This document shows, piece by piece, positions 1 to 8,140 of a DNA stretch of 20,000 bases; within the stretch, counting starts at the first letter, position 1, and every line of letters starts with the position of its first letter. Where the stretch lies: sequence record SRR9188677_178. The stretch is one strand, 5' to 3'. The notes beneath the pieces were generated by a model that was not told where the DNA came from, ran no database searches, and saw nothing but the letters and a program-made list of their open reading frames with translations. The translations under genes were made by a program, and so were the position numbers.

Positions 1-801
1 CTCACGCTCGGCGCCAGAAAGCAGCGTGTGATCGGTATAAGCACACCGGCTAACGGCGTGAGAACTGAATATGATGAAGATGCTTTAACACCAACTGCCG
101 CAATTGTAATTAAACCTCTTGAAGGGGTTTCAGTGTTCGGCAACTATATTGAAGCTCTTACTCAAACGCCAATTGGCCCGAATGTTGGGGTATCTAACCC
201 TGGAGCGATGTTGCCTCCTGGCAAGTCCAAACAAATAGAAGCTGGCGTCAAAGTGGATATTGGCAAATTCACTACCACCCTGAGTGTTTTTAGGATTGAG
301 CGGCCAAATACCTTCGTTGATCTAACTACGAATATATTTGGCTTGAATGGCGAGCAACAGAATACGGGATTGGAACTCAACGTTTTCGGTGAACCAGCGA
401 CCGGGGTTAGGCTATTAGGTGGCTTTATGCTTTTGGATGCCGAGCTCGCCAAAACCAGAGGTGGCATCAATGAAGGTAATACAGCAATTGGCGTTGCAAA
501 AGTAAATGTGAATGTTGGTACCGAGTGGGATATCAGCTATGTGCCAGGTTTAACGTTAACTGCCCGAGCTATTCACACAGGTGAGCAATATGTGAATGAA
601 GCCAATACATTAGAGATACCTGACTGGACTCGTTTAGACATTGGTAGTCGTTACGTATTCAAAACCCATGGCAAAACAGTAACCTTAAGAGCAAGTGTCG
701 AAAATGTCACCGATAAAAGATACTGGAGCACAGCGTCTCAATTTGGCTTAACTTTCGGTACGCCGAGAACAGCATTGTTATCAGCCACTTTAGATTTTTA
801 G
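1..801 (+). CDS. TonB-dependent siderophore-type outer-membrane receptor, C-terminal beta-barrel part (5' truncated by window edge)
   Basis: The frame is open from base 1 (LTLGARKQRV...). It shows beta-strand periodicity and motifs typical of TonB-dependent siderophore receptors (SKQIEAGVK, GEQQNTGLELN, VENVTDKRYW). It ends TPRTALLSATLDF with a terminal Phe. Confidence 0.9.
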   Translation, partial: LTLGARKQRVIGISTPANGVRTEYDEDALTPTAAIVIKPLEGVSVFGNYIEALTQTPIGPNVGVSNPGAMLPPGKSKQIEAGVKVDIGKFTTTLSVFRIERPNTFVDLTTNIFGLNGEQQNTGLELNVFGEPATGVRLLGGFMLLDAELAKTRGGINEGNTAIGVAKVNVNVGTEWDISYVPGLTLTARAIHTGEQYVNEANTLEIPDWTRLDIGSRYVFKTHGKTVTLRASVENVTDKRYWSTASQFGLTFGTPRTALLSATLDF

Positions 802-848
802 TACGCATGGTTTAAGAGAGTGTAATAAAAACTATCGCTTCAAAAGTT

Positions 849-877
849 AAAGTCCATTTAGAATAAATGGACTTTTT
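849..877 (+). terminator. Intrinsic terminator-like hairpin after the TonB receptor gene
   Basis: AAAGTCCATTTA-GAA-TAAATGGACTTT is a perfect 12-bp stem with a T run at its 3' end. Confidence 0.65.
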
Positions 878-937
878 AACTTCGTACTCTTGATAAGAAG
901 ACTTGCTTTTGTAGAGTCTTAAAATCGGACGCGCCGA

Positions 938-972
938 AAGAAAGCGGCTTACATACTGCAAGCCGCTTCTTT
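938..972. terminator. Bidirectional terminator-like hairpin between convergent genes
   Basis: AAGCGGCTT (942-950) pairs with AAGCCGCTT (960-968), with an A-rich left flank and T-rich right flank. Confidence 0.55.
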
Positions 973-994
973 ATTTGATAGGTATGAGCAAATC

Positions 995-1022
995 AAACCT
1001 ATGACAAACGCATCATAGGTTT
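995..1022 (-). terminator. Hairpin just downstream of the membrane-protein gene
   Basis: AAACCTATGA-N8-TCATAGGTTT is a perfect 10-bp inverted repeat about 25 bp after the stop at 1047. Confidence 0.5.
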
Positions 1023-1046
1023 AGTGTTCTCCGCATAAAACACAAC

Positions 1047-2207
1047 TCAATGACCTTGGCCACTCTTAAGAATATCGGTGTTAAAACCAAACACCTTACC
1101 CGCCAAAATAAACACCACCCATACCAGCACACCAAAGGGTAAATAACCTGCAAAACCCAGTAGTGGCATTTCAGCATGAATATGAATCACATTGACATAG
1201 GGGATATCGTAAAGCCAGTAATTCGGGTTGGTGACAGGTAATGCTGGATGCGCACTGCCGTAGTTCCAAACCTCCCAAAAAAACCCATTAAACAAGGAGC
1301 TGAGTGCCATCAGAAGCACCGGGCTCCAATTTCCTTTAGCCATGTCCGTGAACGGGGTCCAGATACCGCAGATCATCAATATGCCAGCAATACCTATCAA
1401 AGGCGCGATCCACATTGCCCAGAATAATGGGTAAGGCCAGAATGGCACGGCAGCAAATAATAAAAAACTCAGATACAACATCGGCTTTGCTGGCAGTGCA
1501 AGCGCGGGGCCCTGGGCATAGCGCCCGGCAATTTTAGGAAAAGCATTCAACAAGGTATACCACTCAAAAACGGCAGGCCAAACGGTGCTGTAGGCAAAAA
1601 TAAATATCCACACAATTGTGGCATGGCTTAACCCGGGGATCTCGGTATTTGGGTAATACCAGTTACCTAAGGCAAAGTAATCGAAATATTCAAAGAAATA
1701 CCAGCCACCAATCGATACAACCGCACTAATCAGAAATGTTTTGGGGCGACTAGCGAACAGAGAATAACCACCAGAATAACGGAATGTCAGGCCATCAAGT
1801 ACAAAGATAAAGCCCCACCACATTGGCGTAAACGCGTAATACACCAAATCACCAAATGGTGTCGTTCGCGTCCACATCAACCACCAGAAAAACAGTGTGA
1901 CAACCGCACCCACCCAAAACCACCAGGGCAAGGCACGCAGTGCAGGCCGCGGGGATGGGGCGACCGGCTTAAAACCAAACCATTGCGGAAAAATCAAAAA
2001 AAAAGCAAATGCTGCTTCAAGCAGGGCAACCCCAATAAAAACAATCAGATTAAACCCCGGAGGTTCTTCAACAAACTGTGGCGGAAAAACACCAAAACCG
2101 GGTGGTAGATGCGTGGATGGATAAGCAAACCAGGATGCCGCTAACGGGATCAATAACATCGCTAAAACGGTCATCACCAGCACAGAACGTGTTGAAGTTG
2201 CAAACAT
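1047..2207 (-). CDS. Polytopic integral membrane protein of unknown function
   Basis: Long ORF with many Trp/Phe/Pro-rich hydrophobic segments and two internally similar motifs (WYFFEYFDY...NWYY and GFFWEVWNY...YWLY). ATG at 2207 follows a GGAGG RBS (2219-2215), so it is preferred to the TTG at 2213. Confidence 0.8.
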   Translation of the reverse strand: MFATSTRSVLVMTVLAMLLIPLAASWFAYPSTHLPPGFGVFPPQFVEEPPGFNLIVFIGVALLEAAFAFFLIFPQWFGFKPVAPSPRPALRALPWWFWVGAVVTLFFWWLMWTRTTPFGDLVYYAFTPMWWGFIFVLDGLTFRYSGGYSLFASRPKTFLISAVVSIGGWYFFEYFDYFALGNWYYPNTEIPGLSHATIVWIFIFAYSTVWPAVFEWYTLLNAFPKIAGRYAQGPALALPAKPMLYLSFLLFAAVPFWPYPLFWAMWIAPLIGIAGILMICGIWTPFTDMAKGNWSPVLLMALSSLFNGFFWEVWNYGSAHPALPVTNPNYWLYDIPYVNVIHIHAEMPLLGFAGYLPFGVLVWVVFILAGKVFGFNTDILKSGQGH

Positions 2208-2313
2208 AAACAATCCTCCCCTTGATTTACAAACGATTTATTACTCAACGATGAGCTTTTATTAATATTGGAATAATTAATTTGCAGCAATCATTAATAT
2301 ACCCTGAAAAATA

Positions 2314-2348
2314 AAAGAGACCCAAGGTGTTCCACCTTGGGTCTCTTT
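2314..2348 (-). terminator. Hairpin repeat copy R1; also a plausible terminator of the Mo-oxidoreductase gene
   Basis: AAAGAGACCCAAGGTG-TTC-CACCTTGGGTCTCTTT is a perfect 16-bp stem with a T-tract on the - strand. Confidence 0.8.
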
Positions 2349-2353
2349 ATAAA

Positions 2354-2384
2354 TGTAGCCGCTCTGTGAGTCGAACACAGCACC
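2354..2384 (-). pseudogene. tRNA 3'-half relic (T-arm plus degenerate acceptor strand), candidate att scar
   Basis: The - strand reads GGTG-CTGTG-TTCGACT-CACAG-AGCGGCTACA, a 5-bp T stem with a TTCGA loop. Nineteen nt are identical to 12359-12377. No D-arm or anticodon arm is present. Confidence 0.7.
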
Positions 2385-2414
2385 TGATAGCTTGAACCCT
2401 CTGCCTCTGTTTAT

Positions 2415-4541
2415 TCAAACCAGCTCGACCTCAACCAGGTTATCGCTAAACGTATTTGAATGACCCATATCGCCATACTCAGCGGAGCTGATACAGTTCA
2501 CAGTACCATTGTTGAGTTGGCGCCAATAGCCTAATGTTGCTACGACTATTCCAGGATTTACATCTGTAGTGACGCGTGCCAGACCCTCAAAAGCACCTCT
2601 GTCATTAAATACCTTTACCACCATTCCATCCTGAACGTCTCTTGCTAATGCATCGACCGGGTTGATCATCAGGTATTGCTCTCCCTGCAAGCGGATTTTG
2701 GATTCCATATTCGCATATGAGGAATTGATGAAGCCATGGCTTTTAGGAGAAATGATGTTCAAAGGGAACCTGGCTGCCAGCACAGCATTGGTATCAGCTG
2801 ATTCTCGACTTGCAACATATGCAGGTAATGGATCCAGATCTTCCCCGGGTTGAAAACCCTCGTACATCTGCCTGAAAGGCCCGGCAACGAAATTCTTCGC
2901 GCCTTCGACCATGAACATGCATTTACCAGTTGGGGTAGGGAAATTGCCCTGACGATGAGGTGCACGGTCGTCTTTGGTACCCACATTCAATCTGGCAAAC
3001 CCATGCTCACGCATATAGTTGAGATCAATCCCCTTGCAAGCGGGTGAACTCCAGTCGACATAATTCTGCAGGCACTCGCCATCAGTCCATTTGAAATTGT
3101 CTTCTTCGAATCCCAACCGTTTGGCTAAGCGGCGGAATATCTCATTATTTGGTAATGCCTCTCCGGGAGGCTCGATACATTTGGTGTTATAGGTGAGATA
3201 CAAATGGCCCCAGGATAAAATCATGTCTTCCTGCTCCGCCCCCATGGCTGCCGGCAAGATGATATCTGCATAAGAAGCCGTATCGGAAATGAAGTGATCG
3301 GCCACGATGGTGAACAGGTCTTCCCGCTTCAAGCCTTCGATTACCTTGTCGGTTTCAGGAGACTGTGTGACAGGATTGGTATTCCACACCATGATGGATT
3401 TAATGGGCGTTTCCAGAGGCGTTTCGCCAAGCAGGGCTCTGCCTAATTGCAAGATATTCACGACAGGCGTACCTTCGGGAATGAGATCCGGCCTGCAAAT
3501 CACATCAAATTTGTAGGGATGCTCCCAGACCGGGAATTGTAGCGCCCCTCCTCCCACATGACGCCAGGCACCGATAAGTGCAGGCAGACAGGTGACTGCC
3601 CGTATCGCCTGGCTTCCACCATAATTCCGTTCCAAAGCCACGCCTATGCGGATGGCTGCCGGGGGAGTTGAAGCATATTCACGCGCGAACAACCGAATCT
3701 CGTCTGCTGGTATACCGGTTATTTCGGCAGCCCATTCCGGAGTACAGGTTTTCGCCCTTTCCGCCAGCTCCGCATACCCGACCGTATATCTTTCGACATA
3801 ATCATGATCGACCAGATTTTCTTCAATGATTACGTTCATCATCGCCATCGCCAAAGCGCCATCGGTGCCCGGCTTGGGTGCAATATGCCAATCCGCTTCT
3901 TTCGCCGTTTTGGAAGCGAAAGAATCCACCACCACGATCTTCGCGCCTCTTTTTTGCGCCTCTTTAATGATGTGCCAGTGATGTAGATTGGTGGAGACAG
4001 AGTTACATGCCCAGATCACAATGAAATTTGCATGTATGAAACTTTCGGGGTCTACCCCGGCGGTAGGCCCAACAGTCAGTAACCAGGCAGTACAGGAGCC
4101 TTCACCACAAAAGGTCCTTTCGCATACGGTAGCGCCCAATCGGTTAAAAAAGGCATCCCCGCCGTTTAGTCCATGTACTAGTCCCTGATTTCCCAAATAA
4201 CTGACTGGCAGTATAGAGCGGGGACCATCTTCTTGAATAAGCGTTTGCCATCGATCAACAATAGTATCCAGCGCTTCATCCCAAGTGATTTGCTGAAATT
4301 GTTTGCTTCCTTTTGGCCCTACCCGCTTCATCGGGTATAGAAGACGGTTTGGATGATAATGCCGCTTTTCGTAATCCTTTAATTTTACGCACAAGCCGCC
4401 CCGCGTCATTGGATGATTAGGATTACCTGAAACCGACACCAGCTCCCCGTTCTTGACATGGAATTGCATGGAACAGGTATCGGGACAATCATGAGGACAC
4501 CCACCATGAAAGGTTTCAATTACATCTGCAACATCATTCAT
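2415..4541 (-). CDS. Molybdopterin (bis-MGD) oxidoreductase, DMSO-reductase superfamily, with N-terminal [4Fe-4S] motif
   Basis: CPHDCPDTC...LCVK Fe-S motif, RLLYPMKRVG, PKPGTDGALA, SDTASYADIILPAA, and a C-terminal molybdopterin-dinucleotide-binding domain (INPVDALARDVQDGMVVKVFNDRG). ATG 4541 follows an AAGGAG RBS. No Tat signal. Confidence 0.92.
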   Translation of the reverse strand: MNDVADVIETFHGGCPHDCPDTCSMQFHVKNGELVSVSGNPNHPMTRGGLCVKLKDYEKRHYHPNRLLYPMKRVGPKGSKQFQQITWDEALDTIVDRWQTLIQEDGPRSILPVSYLGNQGLVHGLNGGDAFFNRLGATVCERTFCGEGSCTAWLLTVGPTAGVDPESFIHANFIVIWACNSVSTNLHHWHIIKEAQKRGAKIVVVDSFASKTAKEADWHIAPKPGTDGALAMAMMNVIIEENLVDHDYVERYTVGYAELAERAKTCTPEWAAEITGIPADEIRLFAREYASTPPAAIRIGVALERNYGGSQAIRAVTCLPALIGAWRHVGGGALQFPVWEHPYKFDVICRPDLIPEGTPVVNILQLGRALLGETPLETPIKSIMVWNTNPVTQSPETDKVIEGLKREDLFTIVADHFISDTASYADIILPAAMGAEQEDMILSWGHLYLTYNTKCIEPPGEALPNNEIFRRLAKRLGFEEDNFKWTDGECLQNYVDWSSPACKGIDLNYMREHGFARLNVGTKDDRAPHRQGNFPTPTGKCMFMVEGAKNFVAGPFRQMYEGFQPGEDLDPLPAYVASRESADTNAVLAARFPLNIISPKSHGFINSSYANMESKIRLQGEQYLMINPVDALARDVQDGMVVKVFNDRGAFEGLARVTTDVNPGIVVATLGYWRQLNNGTVNCISSAEYGDMGHSNTFSDNLVEVELV

Positions 4542-4648
4542 CTTCCACTCCTTGAAAAGCAATCAATTGATAACAGCTAAAACAAGCAGACTAAAAACAA
4601 TAAGCCAGGCAATCTATTAAACATACTAACTTGTACGGGCTTAAAAAC

Positions 4649-4678
4649 AAAGACTCAAGGCATTAAGCTTGAATCCTT
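4649..4678. repeat. Hairpin repeat copy R2 (degenerate)
   Basis: AAAGACTCAAGGCATTAAGCTTGAATCCTT aligns without gaps to copies R4 and R5. Confidence 0.7.
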
Positions 4679-4759
4679 ATATTAGTATTGCTTTTCTGTA
4701 AAATGCGAGCATGCGCTCTCCTGAACTAGAGGTATGCAAAATTGATCTTCATGAATAAT

Positions 4760-4864
4760 CCAAGCCAACATAATGGCCAACGATTGTCACCGAGATTACC
4801 GTCGTATCATCCAATTCCTGATTTTCTGGCTATGTTTAAAGACGTGAGACTATGGGTAAGGTTT
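4760..4864 (+). repeat. Degenerate direct repeat B1
   Basis: Colinear shared blocks with 5425-5525: CCAAGCCAACATAA(T/C)GGCCA(A/T)CGATT, CCTGATT.T.TGGCTATG and GACTATG. Confidence 0.75.
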
Positions 4865-4934
4865 GAGGCTGCGGGCCTGAAGCTGAGTGATGTATTGGAT
4901 AGTTGTGATCTTTAAATATTAGTCTCCTAATGTT

Positions 4935-5375
4935 ATGGTGAATATGAATTTATTTAAGCCCTTATTTGTTACAGTATTTATCTTTCTATCAGCGATTGCG
5001 CACGCCGGCATTGACATCAAACCTATTCAACATCCAATTGATGCATGGTATGAAAACAAAATGGCTGAAGAGACAGTTTCAACAACTGCTGACATGCGTA
5101 ACATTACTAATGAAGCCAGGGTTAAGTGGGATTCAGAAATGAATATAGTCTACAAGCGGCTCATGAAAAGATTGAATTCGACCCAGCAAGTGGCGCTTAG
5201 GAAAGCTCAACAACAATGGCTGAAGTACAGAGATACCGAAGGTAAAGCTATTAGTGAAATTATCTCATCACAGCAAGGCACTATTCACCAATTAACCGGC
5301 ACAAACTTAGGCATGCAGCTAGTACGTTCCCGAGCATTGAATCTGCTCGCATATGAACAAGAGTTTTCGAAATAA
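4935..5375 (+). CDS. Secreted LprI/DUF1311-like (lysozyme inhibitor family) protein
   Basis: Signal peptide ending AIAHA, plus the family-type motifs WDSEMNIVYKRLM and LRKAQQQWLKYRD. An alternative start exists at 4944. Confidence 0.8.
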   Translation: MVNMNLFKPLFVTVFIFLSAIAHAGIDIKPIQHPIDAWYENKMAEETVSTTADMRNITNEARVKWDSEMNIVYKRLMKRLNSTQQVALRKAQQQWLKYRDTEGKAISEIISSQQGTIHQLTGTNLGMQLVRSRALNLLAYEQEFSK

Positions 5376-5424
5376 TATAATCAAGCTATTCCATCTCCCG
5401 CCTGGATAAGTCCTGACTTCCACA

Positions 5425-5525
5425 CCAAGCCAACATAACGGCCATCGATTTGTCATGGGAAGCTGAATCGATCAGCCCCTGATTGTTTGGCTATGACTCA
5501 AAACGAGTGACTATGAGCAGGCTTT
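5425..5525 (+). repeat. Degenerate direct repeat B2
   Basis: See B1. Its left flank (about 5389-5434) also matches 7969-8009. Confidence 0.75.
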
Positions 5526-5559
5526 ACAGTTTGTGAATGATTTTTGAGTATTAAATGGT

Positions 5560-6609
5560 TTAAGCTGGTTTTATTAGCACCTGCAAATCATTGCCGCCGG
5601 ACAGGCTTCTATAAGAAGAGTTTATTTGTTCATGCGGTACACCCAACGCTACTGCACTCGCTGCATCCAATCGCGCAACCATTTCAGGGGGCAAACTGAT
5701 ATCCAAAGCACCTAAGGTGGCATCTAATTGTTCTACTGTACGAGGTCCTAATATTGGTATGATTGAAGTTGTCGATCTAGCGGCCTTGTCTAGCAACCAG
5801 GCAATAGCAATGTGGGTTGGACTAGCCCCCAACTCATCTGCAATGGACAAAATCGTATTGAGCAATTCAGTTTCTTTTTCTGACTTTTCAGTATGGACCA
5901 GCATCCCAAGCTTAGTTAAGCGAGTGTCCACATGTTGATCCCGATACTTGCCTGTCAGAAAGCCTCCACCAAGCGGTGACCAGGTGGTAACTCCCAACCC
6001 TAAAGACTCTGACATTGGGATCAGCTCTCGATCTGGCGAACGTTCTGCCAAGCTGTATTCAATCTGAATGCCGATGATGGGAGACCACCCTTTCAAATCT
6101 GCCATCAAGTCCGCCCGTGCAATCCGCCATGCAGGAAAGTTGGAAAGGCCCGCATAAATTACTTTCCCGCTGCGCACCAAATCATCTAATCCACGCAGGA
6201 TTTCTTCCATAGGCGTGACACCATCACTGATATGCACCCAGTAAAGGTCAATGCGATCCGTTTTCAGCCGCTTTAAGCTTTCCTCAACAGCGCGCACCAT
6301 GTTCTTACGGCTGTTACCGGTTCTGGAAATCCCGGCATCGGGTGCAGTTGCATTGCTATATTTGGTTGCAACGACAAATTGATCCCTATCCGAGGCAATG
6401 AAATCACCTAATAATGACTCTGACTCACCGCGTTGATATGCGTTTGCAGTATCAAAGAAATTCCCACCCGCATTTACATACTGATCAAAAATCTTTTTAG
6501 CCTCTTCAGGCGCAGCGCCATGCCCCCACCCTGTACCGAAGTTACCCGTGCCCAACGCTAACTCAGACACTCTCAATCCAGAGTTCCTGCCAAATACTTT
6601 AAATTTCAT
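5560..6609 (-). CDS. Aldo/keto reductase
   Basis: SGLRVSELALGT N-terminus. Catalytic tetrad context FFDTANAY (D,Y), ATKY (K) and LYWVH (H), plus SLKRLKTDRIDLY and WSPLGGGFLTGKY. Confidence 0.93.
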   Translation of the reverse strand: MKFKVFGRNSGLRVSELALGTGNFGTGWGHGAAPEEAKKIFDQYVNAGGNFFDTANAYQRGESESLLGDFIASDRDQFVVATKYSNATAPDAGISRTGNSRKNMVRAVEESLKRLKTDRIDLYWVHISDGVTPMEEILRGLDDLVRSGKVIYAGLSNFPAWRIARADLMADLKGWSPIIGIQIEYSLAERSPDRELIPMSESLGLGVTTWSPLGGGFLTGKYRDQHVDTRLTKLGMLVHTEKSEKETELLNTILSIADELGASPTHIAIAWLLDKAARSTTSIIPILGPRTVEQLDATLGALDISLPPEMVARLDAASAVALGVPHEQINSSYRSLSGGNDLQVLIKPA

Positions 6610-6630
6610 ATGCGTTCTTTATTCTTGATA

Positions 6631-7203
6631 CTACTCATTCAAAGTCTTCTTTTTCGAGGTATCCAGAATTTCTTCTGATAGCTCACTCGTGCCTGCGGCT
6701 CTAGCCAATATCAATGCACCCACCCATTGAGAAAACATGGCGATAGAGTTCTCGCGCTTTTCTTGCTCAGATTCGCCAGGAACAATCTTTGATAGAAGCT
6801 CAACGACTGACTCAATACTACCTTCGAAAACTTTTTGAACTGCGACATCATGGCGTGACACTTCAGGCGCCAATGTTGAAAACACACATGTTGTAGCTAA
6901 CTCGTCTCTATTTTTGGTTGAGAGATAAGAGTTGCCGATGCGAGCAAGAGGATTCTCAATTTCAGGATTGGCTATATGCTCTTCCCATCTTTTTAGAGTT
7001 TTATCGCAAGCTCGTTGGCAAGCTTGAGCGATCAAATCCTCTTTTGACTGGAAGTTCTTATAAAACCCGCCGACAGTCAATCCAGCATTTTTCATCAAAT
7101 CAGCGACACCAATACCATCAAACCCATGCTCTTTAAACAAGATTGATGCAGTGTCGAGTACCAGTTCACGATTCTCTAGCGATTTAGCTCTACTTACTCT
7201 CAT
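6631..7203 (-). CDS. TetR/AcrR-family transcriptional regulator
   Basis: N-terminal HTH LFKEHGFDGIGVADLMKNAGLTVGGFYKNFQSKEDL. Confidence 0.93.
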   Translation of the reverse strand: MRVSRAKSLENRELVLDTASILFKEHGFDGIGVADLMKNAGLTVGGFYKNFQSKEDLIAQACQRACDKTLKRWEEHIANPEIENPLARIGNSYLSTKNRDELATTCVFSTLAPEVSRHDVAVQKVFEGSIESVVELLSKIVPGESEQEKRENSIAMFSQWVGALILARAAGTSELSEEILDTSKKKTLNE

Positions 7204-7251
7204 CAGCTTTTTTCCACATTGGATGCAACTATTTTACTGTGACTTTCGGTA

Positions 7252-7761
7252 TTACTTATTTAAAAGGGATTTAACCGCATCGATACCCGCTTGCGCACAA
7301 GCAACATCTTGATCAGGCATCCCTCCACTGACGCCCACAGCGCCTAAAAACTCTTTGCCAGAACTAAAAGGAATACCCCCACCTAAAGTAACGAAACCAG
7401 GTAAGTTAGCCAGACCTGGCGCTGGCCCACCTTTTTTATCCTTACCAAAAGAAAATTCCTCAAGCGCGCTTGTTGGTAGCTGCATGCCAGCAGAATTTAA
7501 CGCTTTGAGTTTTGATAGCTCAGCGGAAGCAATATAAGCGCCATTCATACGCTGAAAATAGATTGGATTAGCGCCTGCATCAACGATAGTAATGCTCATT
7601 TTCCAACCTTCCTTTGTAGCTTTGGCTTGGCAACCTGCGGCAATCTTTTGCGCTGTTTCAAGATTAAGTACAGGCTGGGCTTCAAATGCATGCGCTTGAA
7701 AACTGACACTCGCTGCGGCAAATGCCAGATTGATGAATAAATGTTTGGGATTCATATCCAT
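7252..7761 (-). CDS. GlcG/HbpS-family (haem-binding-like) exported protein
   Basis: Signal peptide ending FQAHA, with ITIVDAGA...RMNGA and GGIP...GAVGVSGG.PDQD..CA family motifs. Confidence 0.85.
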   Translation of the reverse strand: MDMNPKHLFINLAFAAASVSFQAHAFEAQPVLNLETAQKIAAGCQAKATKEGWKMSITIVDAGANPIYFQRMNGAYIASAELSKLKALNSAGMQLPTSALEEFSFGKDKKGGPAPGLANLPGFVTLGGGIPFSSGKEFLGAVGVSGGMPDQDVACAQAGIDAVKSLLNK

Positions 7762-7788
7762 GTCCTTTAGTAAATGGAAACAGCCATA

Positions 7789-7859
7789 AGATTACGACCG
7801 TAATCTAATAATAAAGGGGCTTCTTGCATAAGTCAAATTTAGATTATGAATATAATCTA
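7789..7859 (-). promoter_or_regulatory. Sigma70-type promoter flanked by two palindromic operators (likely sites for the encoded TetR)
   Basis: - strand TTGACT (7836-7831)-N17-TATTAT (7813-7808). Palindromes AGATTACG-AC-CGTAATCT (7789-7806) and TAGATTAT-GAAT-ATAATCTA (7840-7859) share AGATTA-N6-TAATCT. Confidence 0.75.
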
Positions 7860-7898
7860 TTTTGCAAAATCCTATGAAATATTTGCGCAGCTGTAACC

Positions 7899-7927
7899 AA
7901 GACCCTAGACGTGAACCTAGAGTCTCT
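7899..7927. repeat. Hairpin repeat copy R3 (degenerate)
   Basis: AAGACCCTAGACGTGAACCTAGAGTCTCT matches 24/29 positions of the consensus AAGACCCAAGGCGTTAACCTTGGGTCTCT. Confidence 0.7.
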
Positions 7928-7968
7928 CATCTATAACTGCCTATCTCACAATCGAATTTAGCCCAAAA

Positions 7969-8009
7969 TTCCTCACATCTGGGTAATCCTAGCTCCCCTC
8001 CAAGCCAAC
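7969..8009 (+). repeat. Partial repeat B3
   Basis: CTGGGTAA-TCCTAGCTCCCCTCCAAGCCAAC versus CTGGATAAGTCCTGACTTCCACACCAAGCCAAC (5402-5434). Confidence 0.55.
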
Positions 8010-8140
8010 GACGTGTGGGATTATCCTGATAAGGTTGTAGGATAATCTCATGTAATAAGTTATCTAGTTATCTCTGTGTTGACGAGGTGTTACAAGACAT
8101 GTAGGTTGTGAACTATAAATTTAATTTTTACTAATATTTA

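Noticed and set aside
4751-4915. 54-codon ORF spanning repeat B1
   Set aside because: No clear RBS, and comparison with B2 suggests a frameshift inside it. Treated as a decayed repeat, not a gene.
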